A stretch of 64,000 nucleotides of DNA from NCBI GenBank assembly GCA_040388335.1, contig JAZKCB010000031.1, positions 7,076 to 71,075 on the forward strand. Direction: 5' to 3'. Position 1 is the first letter of the stretch. Every line of letters starts with the position of its first letter. Position numbers and translations under genes: made by a program. Below, piece by piece: positions 27,846-39,498 of this stretch. The stretch comes from Pseudomonadota bacterium. GTDB taxonomy: Bacteria > Pseudomonadota > Gammaproteobacteria > Burkholderiales > Burkholderiaceae_C. The notes below the pieces were generated by a model. It saw nothing but the letters and a program-made list of their open reading frames with translations. It had not been told where the DNA came from and made no database searches.

Positions 27846-28787
27846 TCAGTCTGCAAAGAAGTTGACCGCCAGCCCGGGCACGTCCATCTGCATGGCGAAC
27901 ACGCAGCCTGATTCGGGGTACCTCTGCAGCTCGGCATCAGGACGGTTCTGCCGCGCCGTGGTGAGGTAGAGGGTGTGCATGTCGGTACCGCCAAAGCAGG
28001 GCATGGTGGGGCAGAGGGCCGGCGTACCGATCTCGGCAAGCACCTCGCCTTGGGGTGACAGCTTGAGCACACATGCACCCTCAAACATGGCCACGTAATA
28101 GTTGCCCTGCACATCCACGGCCGCACCATCGGGCCTGCCTGAATAACCTGGCATGCCCGACTGCCAGCCTGCAGGCTTGAGCGGCCATTGTTTGAAGATG
28201 CGTTCGCCGCCCAGGGTGTTGCCGTCGATGTCCCAGTCCCAGGCGCGTATGGTGTGCGAGGGTGTGTCGGACCAGTAAAGCGTTTTGGCGTCGGGCGACC
28301 AGGCCAGGCCGTTGGAAGTGGTGGCGCCTTCGGCCTTGACCTCCAGCGCGGGAATCCGCCCCGTGGCCAGGCTGTTGCGGCAATCAAGCGAGAAAAGCTT
28401 TGCCAGCGCTGCATTGCGCGGCTCGTAAAGCGTACCTGCCCAGAAGCGGCCGGCGGGGTCAGCCTTGCCGTCGTTGAAGCGGCTGTTGGCCGGGTCGTGC
28501 AGGGCAGGCGCAAGCAGGCGCAGGTCACCGCCCCAGTCCCGCGCACGGTAAATGCCGTCGCGCAGGGCAATCACCAGCCCGGCAGACTCACCATGTGCAT
28601 CACGTGCCGGCGCAATGCAGCCGGGCTCGGAAGGCATGGCCCAGCTGTCGACGCTGCCCATGAACACATTGAGGCGGTGGACCTGTTGGCCGGGAATGTC
28701 CACCCAGTAAAGCATTTGTTCGTCAGGGTGCCAGAACGGAGACTCGCCCAGTGCGCAGGGCTTGTCGACAACGGTGTGCCAGGTCAT
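27846..28787 (-). CDS. SMP-30/gluconolactonase/LRE family protein
   Basis: LGESPFW, RFNDGKADPAGRFWAGT, SNGLAWSPD, PDGAAVD. Confidence 0.9.
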   Translation of the reverse strand: MTWHTVVDKPCALGESPFWHPDEQMLYWVDIPGQQVHRLNVFMGSVDSWAMPSEPGCIAPARDAHGESAGLVIALRDGIYRARDWGGDLRLLAPALHDPANSRFNDGKADPAGRFWAGTLYEPRNAALAKLFSLDCRNSLATGRIPALEVKAEGATTSNGLAWSPDAKTLYWSDTPSHTIRAWDWDIDGNTLGGERIFKQWPLKPAGWQSGMPGYSGRPDGAAVDVQGNYYVAMFEGACVLKLSPQGEVLAEIGTPALCPTMPCFGGTDMHTLYLTTARQNRPDAELQRYPESGCVFAMQMDVPGLAVNFFAD

Positions 28788-28829
28788 GAATGCATTCCCG
28801 AAATTGGAGGAGCCACAAACTGTACAGGC

Positions 28830-28864
28830 AAAAAAACAGCCCACCGGTTTGCACCGGCGGGCTG
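28830..28864 (-). terminator. Rho-independent terminator downstream of amtB
   Basis: CAGCCCGCCGGT-GCAA-ACCGGTGGGCTG-TTTTTTT on - strand. Confidence 0.85.
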
Positions 28865-28886
28865 AACATCCAAAGGAGACTCTCTA
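28830..28886 (-). ncRNA. Candidate anti-SD small RNA (Betaproteobacteria toxic-sRNA-like)
   Basis: GAGAGUCUCCUUUGGAUGUUCAGCCCG...GGGCUGUUUUUUU: unpaired CUCCU seed directly before a terminator. Confidence 0.5.
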
Positions 28887-28940
28887 GCTATTAACAGAGC
28901 ACCCGGAAAGCCATGGGCTTCAGGGCGGTCCCGTTAATTC

Positions 28941-30500
28941 TTAACGGTTGTAGGCTGTTTCACCGTGTGAGGTGATGTCCAGGCCTTCGCGTTCGTCTTC
29001 TTCGCTGACACGCAGACCGATGGTCAGGTCAACGATCTTGTAGGCGATGAAGGAGACCACACCCGACCAGACAATGGTGATCAGCACGGCCTTGGCCTGG
29101 ATCAACAGTTGCGACATCACGGAGAAGTCGGCAGACGTGACCATGGTTGCAGTCACCCAGTCAGCGGTGTAGCCAGGGCCACCGAGGCTTGGCGAATTGA
29201 ACACGCCGGTCAGCAGGGCGCCGAGGATACCGCCGATGCCGTGCACGCCGAACACGTCGAGCGAGTCATCAGCGCCGAGAATTTTCTTCAGGCCATTCAC
29301 ACCCCAGAGGCATGCAAAGCCGGCTGCGAAGCCAATCACCAGACCGCCGCCGATACCGACGTTGCCGGCTGCCGGCGTGATGGCCACGAGGCCAGCGACA
29401 GCACCGGATGCAGCACCCAGCATGGAAGCCTTGCCACGCATCAGCGCTTCACCAACGCACCATGCGAGCACCGCAGCGGCAGTTGCAACCAGGGTGTTGA
29501 TGAAGGCCAGCGCTGCGAAGCCGTTGGCTTCGAGTGCGGAGCCGGCGTTGAAACCGAACCAGCCCACCCACAGCAGTGCAGCACCGACCATGGTCAGCGT
29601 CAGGCTGTGAGGCGCCATGGCTTCCTTGCCGTAACCGAGGCGCTTGCCGACCATGAAGGCCCCGACCAGGCCTGCAACCGCCGCGTTGATGTGCACAACG
29701 GTACCGCCGGCGAAGTCGAGGGCGCCCATCTGCCAGATATAACCGGCCTTGGCGTTCATCGCATCGACAACTTCCTTGCCGGTGTAGGCATCAGGACCCA
29801 TCCAGAACCAGACCATGTGGGCAATCGGTGCATAGCTGAAGGTGAACCACAGTGCCATGAAGAGCAGCACGGCGGAGAACTTCATGCGTTCTGCAAAGGC
29901 GCCAACGATCAGCGTGCAGGTGATACCGGCGAAGGTGGCCTGGAAGGCAGCGAACACGATCTCGGGGATCACGACGCCCTTGCTGAAGGTCGCGGCGCTG
30001 GCAAAGGTGCCTGCAGCGTTGTCCCAGATGCCCTTCATGAACAGCCGGTCAAAGCCGCCGAAGAACGCGTTGCCCTCGGTGAATGCCAGGCTGTAGCCAT
30101 AGAGCGTCCAGAGCACGATGATCATGGAGAAAGTCACCATGACCTGCATCAGGACGGACAGCATGTTCTTGCTGCGGACGAGGCCGCCGTAGAACAGCGC
30201 CAGGCCGGGCACGGTCATCATGATGACGAGAAGCGTGGACACCATCATCCAGGTGGTATCGCCTTTGTTGGGGACGGGTGCAGGAGGCGCAGAAGCGGCA
30301 GCAGCAGCTGGCGCAGGCGCTGCAGCTGCGGAGGCCGGTGCGGCAGAGGCGGCTGGTGCGGCGGCCGAAGCTGGTGCATCAGCAGGCTTGGAGGCTGCGG
30401 CAGAGGCAGCTGGTGCGGCGGCGGGGGCCTGTGCAAGCACGGCAGCGCCGGTGGCCAGCAAGCTGAATCCCAATGCCAGGGAGGCAAGTAGTTTTTTCAT
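28941..30500 (-). CDS. amtB: Ammonium transporter
   Basis: PGLALFYGG, DFAGGTVVH, LLWVGWFGFNAGS, DDSLDVFGVHG, GLD...HGE. Confidence 0.97.
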   Translation of the reverse strand: MKKLLASLALGFSLLATGAAVLAQAPAAAPAASAAASKPADAPASAAAPAASAAPASAAAAPAPAAAAASAPPAPVPNKGDTTWMMVSTLLVIMMTVPGLALFYGGLVRSKNMLSVLMQVMVTFSMIIVLWTLYGYSLAFTEGNAFFGGFDRLFMKGIWDNAAGTFASAATFSKGVVIPEIVFAAFQATFAGITCTLIVGAFAERMKFSAVLLFMALWFTFSYAPIAHMVWFWMGPDAYTGKEVVDAMNAKAGYIWQMGALDFAGGTVVHINAAVAGLVGAFMVGKRLGYGKEAMAPHSLTLTMVGAALLWVGWFGFNAGSALEANGFAALAFINTLVATAAAVLAWCVGEALMRGKASMLGAASGAVAGLVAITPAAGNVGIGGGLVIGFAAGFACLWGVNGLKKILGADDSLDVFGVHGIGGILGALLTGVFNSPSLGGPGYTADWVTATMVTSADFSVMSQLLIQAKAVLITIVWSGVVSFIAYKIVDLTIGLRVSEEDEREGLDITSHGETAYNR

Positions 30501-30540
30501 GTCAGTGTTCTCTTTTTTTGGCTTGTAGATGGGTGAGGCC

Positions 30541-31759
<1,219 letters not shown>

Positions 31760-31817
31760 GGAATGCTCCGGAGAGAGTTGTTTAAAGTTAACGAGGCTAT
31801 TCAAGCGAGTACCGTCT

Positions 31818-31833
31818 AGCACGGACCGTGCCA
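31818..31833 (-). promoter_or_regulatory. sigma54 -24/-12 promoter
   Basis: TGGCACGGTCCGTGCT (GG-N10-GC) upstream of porin-glnK-amtB. Confidence 0.8.
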
Positions 31834-31926
31834 CAAGCTTGTTACTTGCAAGAACAAACGAAGTCTACCGACGCGAGCGCTAATGCGTTGTAGATTGCCT
31901 GGGGTAAAAACCACCAAAAACACCAA

Positions 31927-31965
31927 TGCACTAAGTTGGGTCACGATACGCACAACTTTGATGCG
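31927..31965. promoter_or_regulatory. Two candidate NtrC enhancer sites
   Basis: TGCACTAAGTTGGGTCA and CGCACAACTTTGATGCG resemble TGCACCA-N3-TGGTGCA, ~95-130 bp upstream of the sigma54 site. Confidence 0.6.
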
Positions 31966-31985
31966 TTTAACAGGGGGATTCTTTG

Positions 31986-33533
31986 ATGAGCTTGTCTTTA
32001 GTGCACAGCCGGGCGCTGCTGGGAATGGATGCGCGACCCGTTTTTGTGGAGGTGCACCTGGCAAACGGGCTGCCAAATTTCACACTTGTCGGACTGGCGG
32101 AAACCGAAGTCAAGGAGGCTCGCGAACGCGTTCGCTCTGCGATCCAGAATACCGGACTCGAATTTCCGTCCAACAAAAGAATCACGGTGAATCTTGCGCC
32201 GGCCGACCTGCCCAAGGATTCCGGCCGCTTCGACCTGGCCATCGCGCTGGGCATTCTTGCTGCCAGCGGACAGATAGACGCCGCCAAGATGAAGGGTTAT
32301 GAATTTGCGGGTGAGTTGTCACTGGGCGGTGATTTGCGTCCGGTTCGCGGCGCACTGGCGATGAGCCTGGCGATCAGCAGAAAGGCTGGCGACGCGGCCT
32401 TCAAGGAGATTCCCAGGCTGGTACTTCCCGAGACCAGCGCGCAAGAAGCCGCGCTGGTACCTGGCGCTGAAATCTACAAGGCGCATCACCTGCTCGACGT
32501 GGTCAGGCGTTTCCTGCCCGGCGATGCCGAACCCGAAGCGCAGGACGGCTGGAGCCGCGTCCATCCGGTTGAAACGCCAGCGCGGGTGCCTTACGCAGAC
32601 ATGTCGGACGTCAAAGGCCAGGCAGCGGCACGCCGGGCGCTCGAGATTGCAGCAGCCGGCGGCCACAGCATTCTGATGGTCGGGGCGCCCGGGTCCGGCA
32701 AGTCCATGCTCGCGCAGCGCTTTGCAGGCCTGCTTCCGGCAATGACCACGGAGGAGGCGCTTGAGAGTGCGGCCGTGGCATCACTGGGCGGACGCTTCTC
32801 GCTGGACAAATGGGCCGTGCGACCAACCTGTGCGCCACATCACACGGCAAGCGCTGTCGCCCTTGTCGGTGGAGGATCACCGCCACGACCGGGTGAGATT
32901 TCGCTCGCGCATCGTGGTGTTCTTTTTCTTGACGAGTTGCCGGAGTTTCCGCGCGCTGCGCTGGAGGCTTTGCGCGAACCCCTTGAGTCAGGCCACATCA
33001 CCATCTCGCGTGCAGCACAGCGCGCTGAATTTCCAGCCCGCTTCCAGCTTGTCGCGGCGATGAACCCTTGTCCCTGCGGTTACCTTGGCTCAAGCCTGCG
33101 CGCCTGCCGCTGTTCACCCGAACAGGTGTCCCGCTACCAGGGCAAACTCAGCGGGCCGCTGCTGGACCGCATCGACCTTCATGTAGAGGTGGGCAGCCTT
33201 GCGGCAGATGAGCTGATCAACAGCAAGCCCGGCGAGAAGACTGAAGCGATCAGGGCACGGGTCGTGCAGGCACGCGAGCGTTCCATTGCACGCCAGGGCA
33301 GCAGCAACCAGGCTCTTGAAGGCCAGGCCATTGACGAGCAATGCCGGCTGGATGGCGCAGCCGCAAAATTTCTCAACACGGCGGCGGCACGTCTGGGATG
33401 GTCAGGCCGCAGCATTCACCGCTGCCTGAAGGTCGCGCGCACGATCGCGGACCTCGCAGGCGCGGAGACCGTACAGATCACGCATGTGGCCGAAGCAGTT
33501 CAATACCGGCGTTCGCTCAAAGCCGCACACTGA
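31986..33533 (+). CDS. comM: YifB/ComM Mg-chelatase-like AAA ATPase
   Basis: ITVNLAPADLPK, GAPGSGKS, PHHTAS, PGEISLAH.GVLFLDE, AMNPCPCG. Confidence 0.92.
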   Translation: MSLSLVHSRALLGMDARPVFVEVHLANGLPNFTLVGLAETEVKEARERVRSAIQNTGLEFPSNKRITVNLAPADLPKDSGRFDLAIALGILAASGQIDAAKMKGYEFAGELSLGGDLRPVRGALAMSLAISRKAGDAAFKEIPRLVLPETSAQEAALVPGAEIYKAHHLLDVVRRFLPGDAEPEAQDGWSRVHPVETPARVPYADMSDVKGQAAARRALEIAAAGGHSILMVGAPGSGKSMLAQRFAGLLPAMTTEEALESAAVASLGGRFSLDKWAVRPTCAPHHTASAVALVGGGSPPRPGEISLAHRGVLFLDELPEFPRAALEALREPLESGHITISRAAQRAEFPARFQLVAAMNPCPCGYLGSSLRACRCSPEQVSRYQGKLSGPLLDRIDLHVEVGSLAADELINSKPGEKTEAIRARVVQARERSIARQGSSNQALEGQAIDEQCRLDGAAAKFLNTAAARLGWSGRSIHRCLKVARTIADLAGAETVQITHVAEAVQYRRSLKAAH

Positions 33534-33567
33534 TGTCACCAACGGAGCAGGCCTTGAGGCAGCAGCC

Positions 33568-33597
33568 AAAAAAAAGCACCGCACTTTCATGCGATGC
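33568..33597 (-). terminator. Rho-independent terminator
   Basis: GCATCGCAT-GAAA-GTGCGGTGC-T8 on - strand. Confidence 0.7.
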
Positions 33598-33653
33598 CTT
33601 TATCTGAGGCCTGTTGATGGGCCGGACAAGTAATTCCTGATTCGCAGCCTTGA

Positions 33654-34466
33654 TCAGCCGCCGTTGTAAACAGGTGCGGGCTGAACCACGTTGGGCTGGA
33701 CCGGTGCAGGTGCACGATAAACAGCACCGTCGTTGCTGCGGATGGTCGAACCTTCAACCGTCACACGGCTGCCGACAGCGGGCGGCTGGGCGACTTCAAC
33801 CGTACGGTGTGAGCCGTCTTCCATCCGGACGTTGACCTGGTAGACGGTTTCCTTGCGCATCTGGCCTTCGATGGCATTGCCGGCAAAACCGCCACCTACC
33901 GCGCCGATGATGGTGCCCAGCGTACGGCCATTGCCCTGGCCAATCTGGTTGCCAAGTACAGCGCCAAGCACGCCGCCGGCAACGGTACCCACGCCAACAC
34001 CCGCAGGCTTGGTTGAACGTGTGACGGGCGTAACGGACTCAATGGATCCGCAAGAGCTGCAAACCGGCGCAGGTGCCGCTGCAATCTGCACAGGAACAGA
34101 AGAAGGGGAGGGCGAAGGTGCGGGCGAAATACCCGCCGTCGCAGGCTGGGGCTTGGGAACCGGTTTGGGTTTGACAACCTTTTGTGCAGGTACTGGCGCA
34201 GGCTTTGCAGCTGCGGCGGGCTTTTCGACCATGTCATCGGCGGCCGTTGCAGAGGCTGCCATGGAAGGTGCTTTCACGGCAGCTTGTGGCGTCGCGAGTG
34301 CAACCTGCGCGGCAGGCACAGCCTGTTTGGCCTGCTGGTAAATCATGGTGCCACCCATGGCAAGCACGGCAATGCCCAGAATGCCGACTGCGGCCCAGAG
34401 CGGCTTGCTCGTGGAAGACGGTTGCTGGCCAGGTTGCAGGCTGTCTGTGTTGTTGCTTGTATTCAT
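33654..34466 (-). CDS. Glycine-zipper 2TM domain protein with Pro/Ala-rich linker
   Basis: GTVAGGVLGAVLGNQIGQGNGR, CSSCG, YQVNVRMEDG; start trimmed to ATG 34466. Confidence 0.85.
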   Translation of the reverse strand: MNTSNNTDSLQPGQQPSSTSKPLWAAVGILGIAVLAMGGTMIYQQAKQAVPAAQVALATPQAAVKAPSMAASATAADDMVEKPAAAAKPAPVPAQKVVKPKPVPKPQPATAGISPAPSPSPSSVPVQIAAAPAPVCSSCGSIESVTPVTRSTKPAGVGVGTVAGGVLGAVLGNQIGQGNGRTLGTIIGAVGGGFAGNAIEGQMRKETVYQVNVRMEDGSHRTVEVAQPPAVGSRVTVEGSTIRSNDGAVYRAPAPVQPNVVQPAPVYNGG

Positions 34467-34698
34467 GACGATGACCTCCGGTATGACTATTCCTGAAAAC
34501 ACTGTGCGTGGGCCGGGCATGGCTGTCTTATGGCCCACGGTCTTGCGGTTTTACCACGCAGGCCACCTTTTGATGACCTGTGCCCTCTTTCAACGCGTCA
34601 CAAGCCAAAAGGTACACAAGGCAGATAAATGCCCCGTGTCGATTTGTAAATCCGACCCGCTAAAGGTAAAGCGCCTGTAAAGCAGGCCTGCTTCAGCC

Positions 34699-37458
34699 TT
34701 AAAGGTTGGGCGCCAGCAGGCGCTGCAGGTCTTCTGCACGTGCCCCGCGCCGCTGTGCCAGGTCCTGCAGTTGGTCGTCGCCAATCTTGCCCACATTGAA
34801 GTAGGTGCTGTCGGGATGGCTCAGGTAGAAGCCGCTGACGCTGGCTGCCGGCGTCATCGCCAGACTTTCAGTCAGGGCCATGCCGATGTCATCGGCCTTG
34901 AGCAGTTCAAACATCTCCAGCTTGACGCTGTGATCGGGGCAGGCCGGGTAGCCGGGCGCCGGGCGTATGCCCTGGTACTTTTCGGCAATCATGGCGTCGA
35001 CGTTGAGCGATTCACCCGGCACATAACCCCACAGATCGGTACGCACGCGCTGGTGCATGGCTTCAGCAAAGGCTTCGGCCAGACGGTCGGCCAGCGCCTT
35101 GAGCATGATGGATGAATAGTCGTCGTGATCGTCCTGGAAGTACTTCTCTTTTTTCTCTGCCCCCAGGCCGGTTGTGACGGCAAACAGGCCGATGTAATCG
35201 GCGATGCCCGAGCCTTTTGGCGCGACAAAATCCGAGAGGCAGCGGCTGGGTCGCATCACGCCTTCTACCGCCGTTTTTTCGGTCTGCTGGCGCAGGCCGA
35301 ACCAGGTCATCGCCACTTCTGTGCGTGATTCATCGGTGTAGATTTCAATGTCATCGCCGACGCTGTTGGCGGGGTACAAACCGACGACACCATTGGCCGT
35401 CAGCCAGCGGCCTTCAACCAGCCGGCGCAGCATGCGCTGTGCATCTGCGTACACGCGCACCGCCTCGGTACCCACCACCTCGTCTTTGAGGATGGCCGGG
35501 AATGGTCCAGCCAGATCCCAGGTCTGGAAAAACGGACCCCAGTCAATAAATTTCGCCAGCTCGGCCAGGTCAAAGTTCCTGAAGACACGCCGGCCAATGA
35601 ACTTGGGCACCGGAGGCTTGTAGCCGCTCCAGGCTACGTTTGTGGCGTTGGCGCGCGCCCTGGCCAGCGTCCACATCGGCACCTGTTTCTTGTTGGCGTG
35701 CTGGCTGCGCACCTTGTCGTAGTCGCTATTGAGCTCATCGATGTATTTCGATGCCTGGTCGCTCAACAGGCTTTGCGCCACGCTCACGCTGCGCGAGGCG
35801 TCCGGCACATAGACAACCGGGCCTTCGTAATGGGGCGAAATCTTCACCGCCGTGTGCACGCGGCTGGTGGTCGCGCCGCCAATCAGCAACGGAATCTTGC
35901 GGATGCGGAAATGGTCATCCTTCTGCATCTCGGCCGCGACGTACTGCATTTCTTCAAGGCTGGGCGTGATCAGCCCTGACAGCCCCACAATGTCAGCGCC
36001 CTCAACCTTGGCACGTGCGAGGATCTCGTGACAGGGCACCATCACCCCCATGTTGACGACCTCGAAGTTGTTGCACTGCAAAACCACCGTGACGATGTTC
36101 TTGCCAATGTCATGCACATCGCCCTTGACGGTGGCGATGATGATCTTGCCCTTGGTCTTGACGTCACCGCCGGCCGCCTCGAGCAGCAGCTTTTCAGCCT
36201 CGATATAAGGCAGCAAATGCGCCACGGCCTGCTTCATCACGCGGGCACTCTTGACCACCTGCGGCAAAAACATCTTGCCCTGGCCAAACAGGTCGCCGAC
36301 CACATTCATGCCGTCCATCAACGGGCCTTCAATCACATGCAGTGGCCGGCCACCATCTGCGACGATGGCCTGGTACACCTCTTCCGTGTCTTCGGTGATG
36401 AACTCGTTCATGCCATGCACCAGAGCATGCGACAGGCGTTCGCGCACCGGCAGGGCACGCCACTCGTTTTTCTTGTTGTCGTCTTTGGCGCCACTCTTTG
36501 CGGTCTCTGCAACTTCAATCAGGCGCTCGCTGGGCGTGAGCTGCTGTTCGCCATCCTTGTAAACAGGCTGGCGATTAAGCACCACATCCTCAACACGCTC
36601 ACGCAAGGTCGGCTCAAGGTCGTCATAGACACCGACCATGCCGGCATTGACGATGCCCATGTCCATGCCGGCCTTGATGGCGTGATAGAGAAACACCGTG
36701 TGGATAGCCTCGCGCACCGGGTCGTTGCCACGAAAGCTGAATGACACATTCGACACACCCCCGGAGACCTTGGCGCCCGGCAGGTTCTCCTTGATCCAGC
36801 GCGTGGCGTTGATGAAATCGACCGCGTAGTTGTTGTGTTCTTCGATGCCGGTGGCAATCGCAAAGATGTTGGGGTCAAAGATGATGTCTTCGGGCGGAAA
36901 GTCCAGCTCATCGACCAGCACGCGGTAGGCGCGTTCGCAGATCTCCACCTTGCGTTCGTAGGTATCGGCCTGGCCTTTTTCATCAAAGGCCATGACGACA
37001 GCAGCCGCACCATAACGCTTGAGCAGTTTTGCCTGATGCTTGAAGGGCTCAAGGCCTTCCTTCATCGAGATGGAATTGACAATCCCCTTGCCCTGGATGC
37101 AGCGCAAGCCAGCTTCAATCACACTCCACTTGGAGCTGTCGATCATGATGGGCACGCGTGAAATATCGGGCTCGCTGGCGATGAGGTTCAGGAAGCGAAC
37201 CATCGCGGCCTGACTGTCCAGCATGGCCTCATCCATGTTGATGTCGATGATCTGCGCGCCGTTTTCAACCTGCTGGCGGGCCACGGCCAGTGCGGCTTCA
37301 AAGTCGCCGTTCAGGATCATGCGGGCAAACGCCTTGGAGCCCGTGACATTGGTCCGCTCGCCAATGTTGACGAACAAGGTGCCTTCGCCAATCTGCACCG
37401 GCTCAAGGCCGGACAGTTTCATGGGTGGAACAATTTTGGAATTTGCAATTTCAGACAC
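34699..37458 (-). CDS. metH: Methionine synthase, pterin, cobalamin and reactivation domains (C-terminal part of split MetH)
   Basis: [44 protein letters not shown]; no homocysteine-binding domain. Confidence 0.95.
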   Translation of the reverse strand: MSEIANSKIVPPMKLSGLEPVQIGEGTLFVNIGERTNVTGSKAFARMILNGDFEAALAVARQQVENGAQIIDINMDEAMLDSQAAMVRFLNLIASEPDISRVPIMIDSSKWSVIEAGLRCIQGKGIVNSISMKEGLEPFKHQAKLLKRYGAAAVVMAFDEKGQADTYERKVEICERAYRVLVDELDFPPEDIIFDPNIFAIATGIEEHNNYAVDFINATRWIKENLPGAKVSGGVSNVSFSFRGNDPVREAIHTVFLYHAIKAGMDMGIVNAGMVGVYDDLEPTLRERVEDVVLNRQPVYKDGEQQLTPSERLIEVAETAKSGAKDDNKKNEWRALPVRERLSHALVHGMNEFITEDTEEVYQAIVADGGRPLHVIEGPLMDGMNVVGDLFGQGKMFLPQVVKSARVMKQAVAHLLPYIEAEKLLLEAAGGDVKTKGKIIIATVKGDVHDIGKNIVTVVLQCNNFEVVNMGVMVPCHEILARAKVEGADIVGLSGLITPSLEEMQYVAAEMQKDDHFRIRKIPLLIGGATTSRVHTAVKISPHYEGPVVYVPDASRSVSVAQSLLSDQASKYIDELNSDYDKVRSQHANKKQVPMWTLARARANATNVAWSGYKPPVPKFIGRRVFRNFDLAELAKFIDWGPFFQTWDLAGPFPAILKDEVVGTEAVRVYADAQRMLRRLVEGRWLTANGVVGLYPANSVGDDIEIYTDESRTEVAMTWFGLRQQTEKTAVEGVMRPSRCLSDFVAPKGSGIADYIGLFAVTTGLGAEKKEKYFQDDHDDYSSIMLKALADRLAEAFAEAMHQRVRTDLWGYVPGESLNVDAMIAEKYQGIRPAPGYPACPDHSVKLEMFELLKADDIGMALTESLAMTPAASVSGFYLSHPDSTYFNVGKIGDDQLQDLAQRRGARAEDLQRLLAPNL

Positions 37459-37479
37459 GACTCACCTTGGGGCTTAAGG

Positions 37480-37571
37480 TGAGCGTCGTTGCTGCGGGAA
37501 GCGCCAGCAGGTGCGGCCCGTAACCCAAGCCTGACGAAATCACGGTTTCGCTGCAACGCTCCTTGGGTTAC
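37480..37571 (-). ncRNA. SAH riboswitch
   Basis: AACCCAAG-GAGCGTTGCAG...TCAGG-CTTGGGTT (P1), downstream CAACGACGCTCA pseudoknot strand; directly upstream of metH. Confidence 0.9.
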
Positions 37572-37643
37572 CATTATTTTAAACACCTGCGTGCGATTGC
37601 GCCAACCGGCACGCCGCTACAAGCCAAAAATTCCCGGAAGATC

Positions 37644-38252
37644 ATGTTCGACAAGCTGTTTGGCAAAAACCGGCCCGGTCCCATTGATGCCCCAGAACGC
37701 ATGCGACCGAAAGAACGGATGCGTGCGGTCGAAGGCTCCAGCACGGCTGAGCTCGCGGCCAGTCTGTTGATAGCGCCGACGGCGCTGATGCAACTCTCGC
37801 CCGAAGAAGCACTGACCGTGGTGAGCTACATGATCCCGCGCAGGATCGCCACCGGCACCACGTTCATCACCGAAGGCGACAAAACCGACACCGGCTATAT
37901 GGTGCTGCTGCTGGAAGGCGAAGTCACTGTGGAAAGCATCGTGGTCAGCCGGCACGCACCTGTCACGGTCAACGTGCTCGGACCCGGCAGCCTGATCGGG
38001 GAAATGGGCCTGGTGGACGGCCAGCCGCGCCTGGCGTCGTGCACCGCCAGCACAGACGTTCGCTGCGCCATTTTGTCGCGCGAGGCGCTTGAAAAGATGG
38101 GTGAGAACGACCCGAAAACCGCCGCAAAACTGATGTTCGCGGTTTCCTTGCGGGTGGCGGAAAGGCTGCGCGATACGGCAGACAAACTAAAGATGTACAG
38201 CCAGCTTGTACAAGCCATGCAGCAGGAGATCGACCATCTCATGCCTACTTGA
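37644..38252 (+). CDS. Stand-alone cyclic-nucleotide-binding domain protein
   Basis: FITEGD, LLEGEV, GSLIGEMGLVDGQPRLAS; no HTH apparent. Confidence 0.8.
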   Translation: MFDKLFGKNRPGPIDAPERMRPKERMRAVEGSSTAELAASLLIAPTALMQLSPEEALTVVSYMIPRRIATGTTFITEGDKTDTGYMVLLLEGEVTVESIVVSRHAPVTVNVLGPGSLIGEMGLVDGQPRLASCTASTDVRCAILSREALEKMGENDPKTAAKLMFAVSLRVAERLRDTADKLKMYSQLVQAMQQEIDHLMPT

Positions 38253-38337
38253 GGCCCCCACGGTCGCTCACTTCGTGTAGCTTCCTGCCCCCCGAGGGGG
38301 CCGCCCGCCTATGGCCCGGCGAAGCCGGTTCCATGGC
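38253..38337. repeat. GC-rich REP-like intergenic element
   Basis: GGCCCCC...CCCCCCGAGGGGGCC inverted ends then CCGGC-GAA-GCCGG hairpin, between convergent genes; single copy in window. Confidence 0.5.
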
Positions 38338-38380
38338 TTGACTTGCACAGACCCCGCTTCGACGAATGTCAGGCGTTTTT

Positions 38381-39427
38381 TCAGGCAGCTTCGCGATAGA
38401 AGACGCCTGAAGACAATTCCCGCCTGGCGACTGGCGCCACCGCACTGGCAATCGCCTGGATATGGTCGGGTGTCGTGCCGCAGCAACCACCGACGATGTT
38501 GACCAGACCTTCAGCTGCAAATTCGTGCAGCAGGCGTGAGGTCACATCCGGCGTTTCGTCAAAGCCGGTATCGCTCATGGGGTTGGGCAGACCGGCGTTG
38601 GGATAGCAGCTGATAAACGTATCGCCGGCAACACGGGACAGCTCCTGGATGTAGGGTCGCATCAAGGCCGCACCCAGTGCGCAGTTCAGGCCGACGGCCA
38701 GGGGCTGCGCATGACGCACGCTGTGCCAGAAGGCGGTGACGGTCTGGCCACTCAGGATACGGCCGGACGCATCGGTCACCGTGCCGCTGATGATGAGCGG
38801 CAGGCGCTCGCCGGTGTTGTCGAAATACTCGTCAATCGCAAACAGTGCGGCCTTGGCATTGAGCGTGTCAAAAATCGTCTCGACCAGCAGCACGTCGCTG
38901 CCGCCCTTGACCAGGGCTTCGGTCTGTTCGTAATAGGCCTTGCGCAACTCTTCAAAGCTGGTGTTGCGGGCACCGGGGTCGTTCACGTCGGGGCTGATGC
39001 TGGCCGTCTTGGGCGTGGGGCCGAGCGCGCCCACCACAAAACGGGGTTTGTCGGGCGTCGAGAACTTGTCGCAGGCTGCGCGCGCGATGCGTGCTGATTC
39101 GTAATTCATTTCAATGGCCAGGTCCGCCATGTCGTAGTCGGCCTGGGCCACCGTGGTCGCACCAAAGGTGTTGGTTTCAACCATGTCCGCGCCAGCCGCA
39201 AGATAACCTTCATGAATGTCCTGGATGACATCGGGCCGCGTCAGGCTCAGCAGTTCGTTGTTGCCCTTGACGTCCTTGTGGAAGTCCTTGAAGCGCTCAC
39301 CCCGGTACTGGGCTTCACTGAGCTTGAAGCGCTGGATCATGGTGCCCATCGCGCCATCAAGAATGGCAATGCGTTTCTCAAGAATGGCAGGCAGCTGCTG
39401 GCCGCGGGTGTAGATGATGGGCTTCAT
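38381..39427 (-). CDS. metH: Methionine synthase homocysteine-binding domain (N-terminal part of split MetH)
   Basis: [34 protein letters not shown]. Confidence 0.93.
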   Translation of the reverse strand: MKPIIYTRGQQLPAILEKRIAILDGAMGTMIQRFKLSEAQYRGERFKDFHKDVKGNNELLSLTRPDVIQDIHEGYLAAGADMVETNTFGATTVAQADYDMADLAIEMNYESARIARAACDKFSTPDKPRFVVGALGPTPKTASISPDVNDPGARNTSFEELRKAYYEQTEALVKGGSDVLLVETIFDTLNAKAALFAIDEYFDNTGERLPLIISGTVTDASGRILSGQTVTAFWHSVRHAQPLAVGLNCALGAALMRPYIQELSRVAGDTFISCYPNAGLPNPMSDTGFDETPDVTSRLLHEFAAEGLVNIVGGCCGTTPDHIQAIASAVAPVARRELSSGVFYREAA

Positions 39428-39498
39428 GGACCTCATTTTAGGCTGTCCCTTATTTACGCAATGGTTTCAATGACAATATGGGCTTAAGCCCCCAAGTC

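Noticed and set aside
34699-39436. Split metH as a pseudogene
   Set aside because: Both halves are intact, break at a domain boundary, and the C-terminal half has its own riboswitch and RBS.
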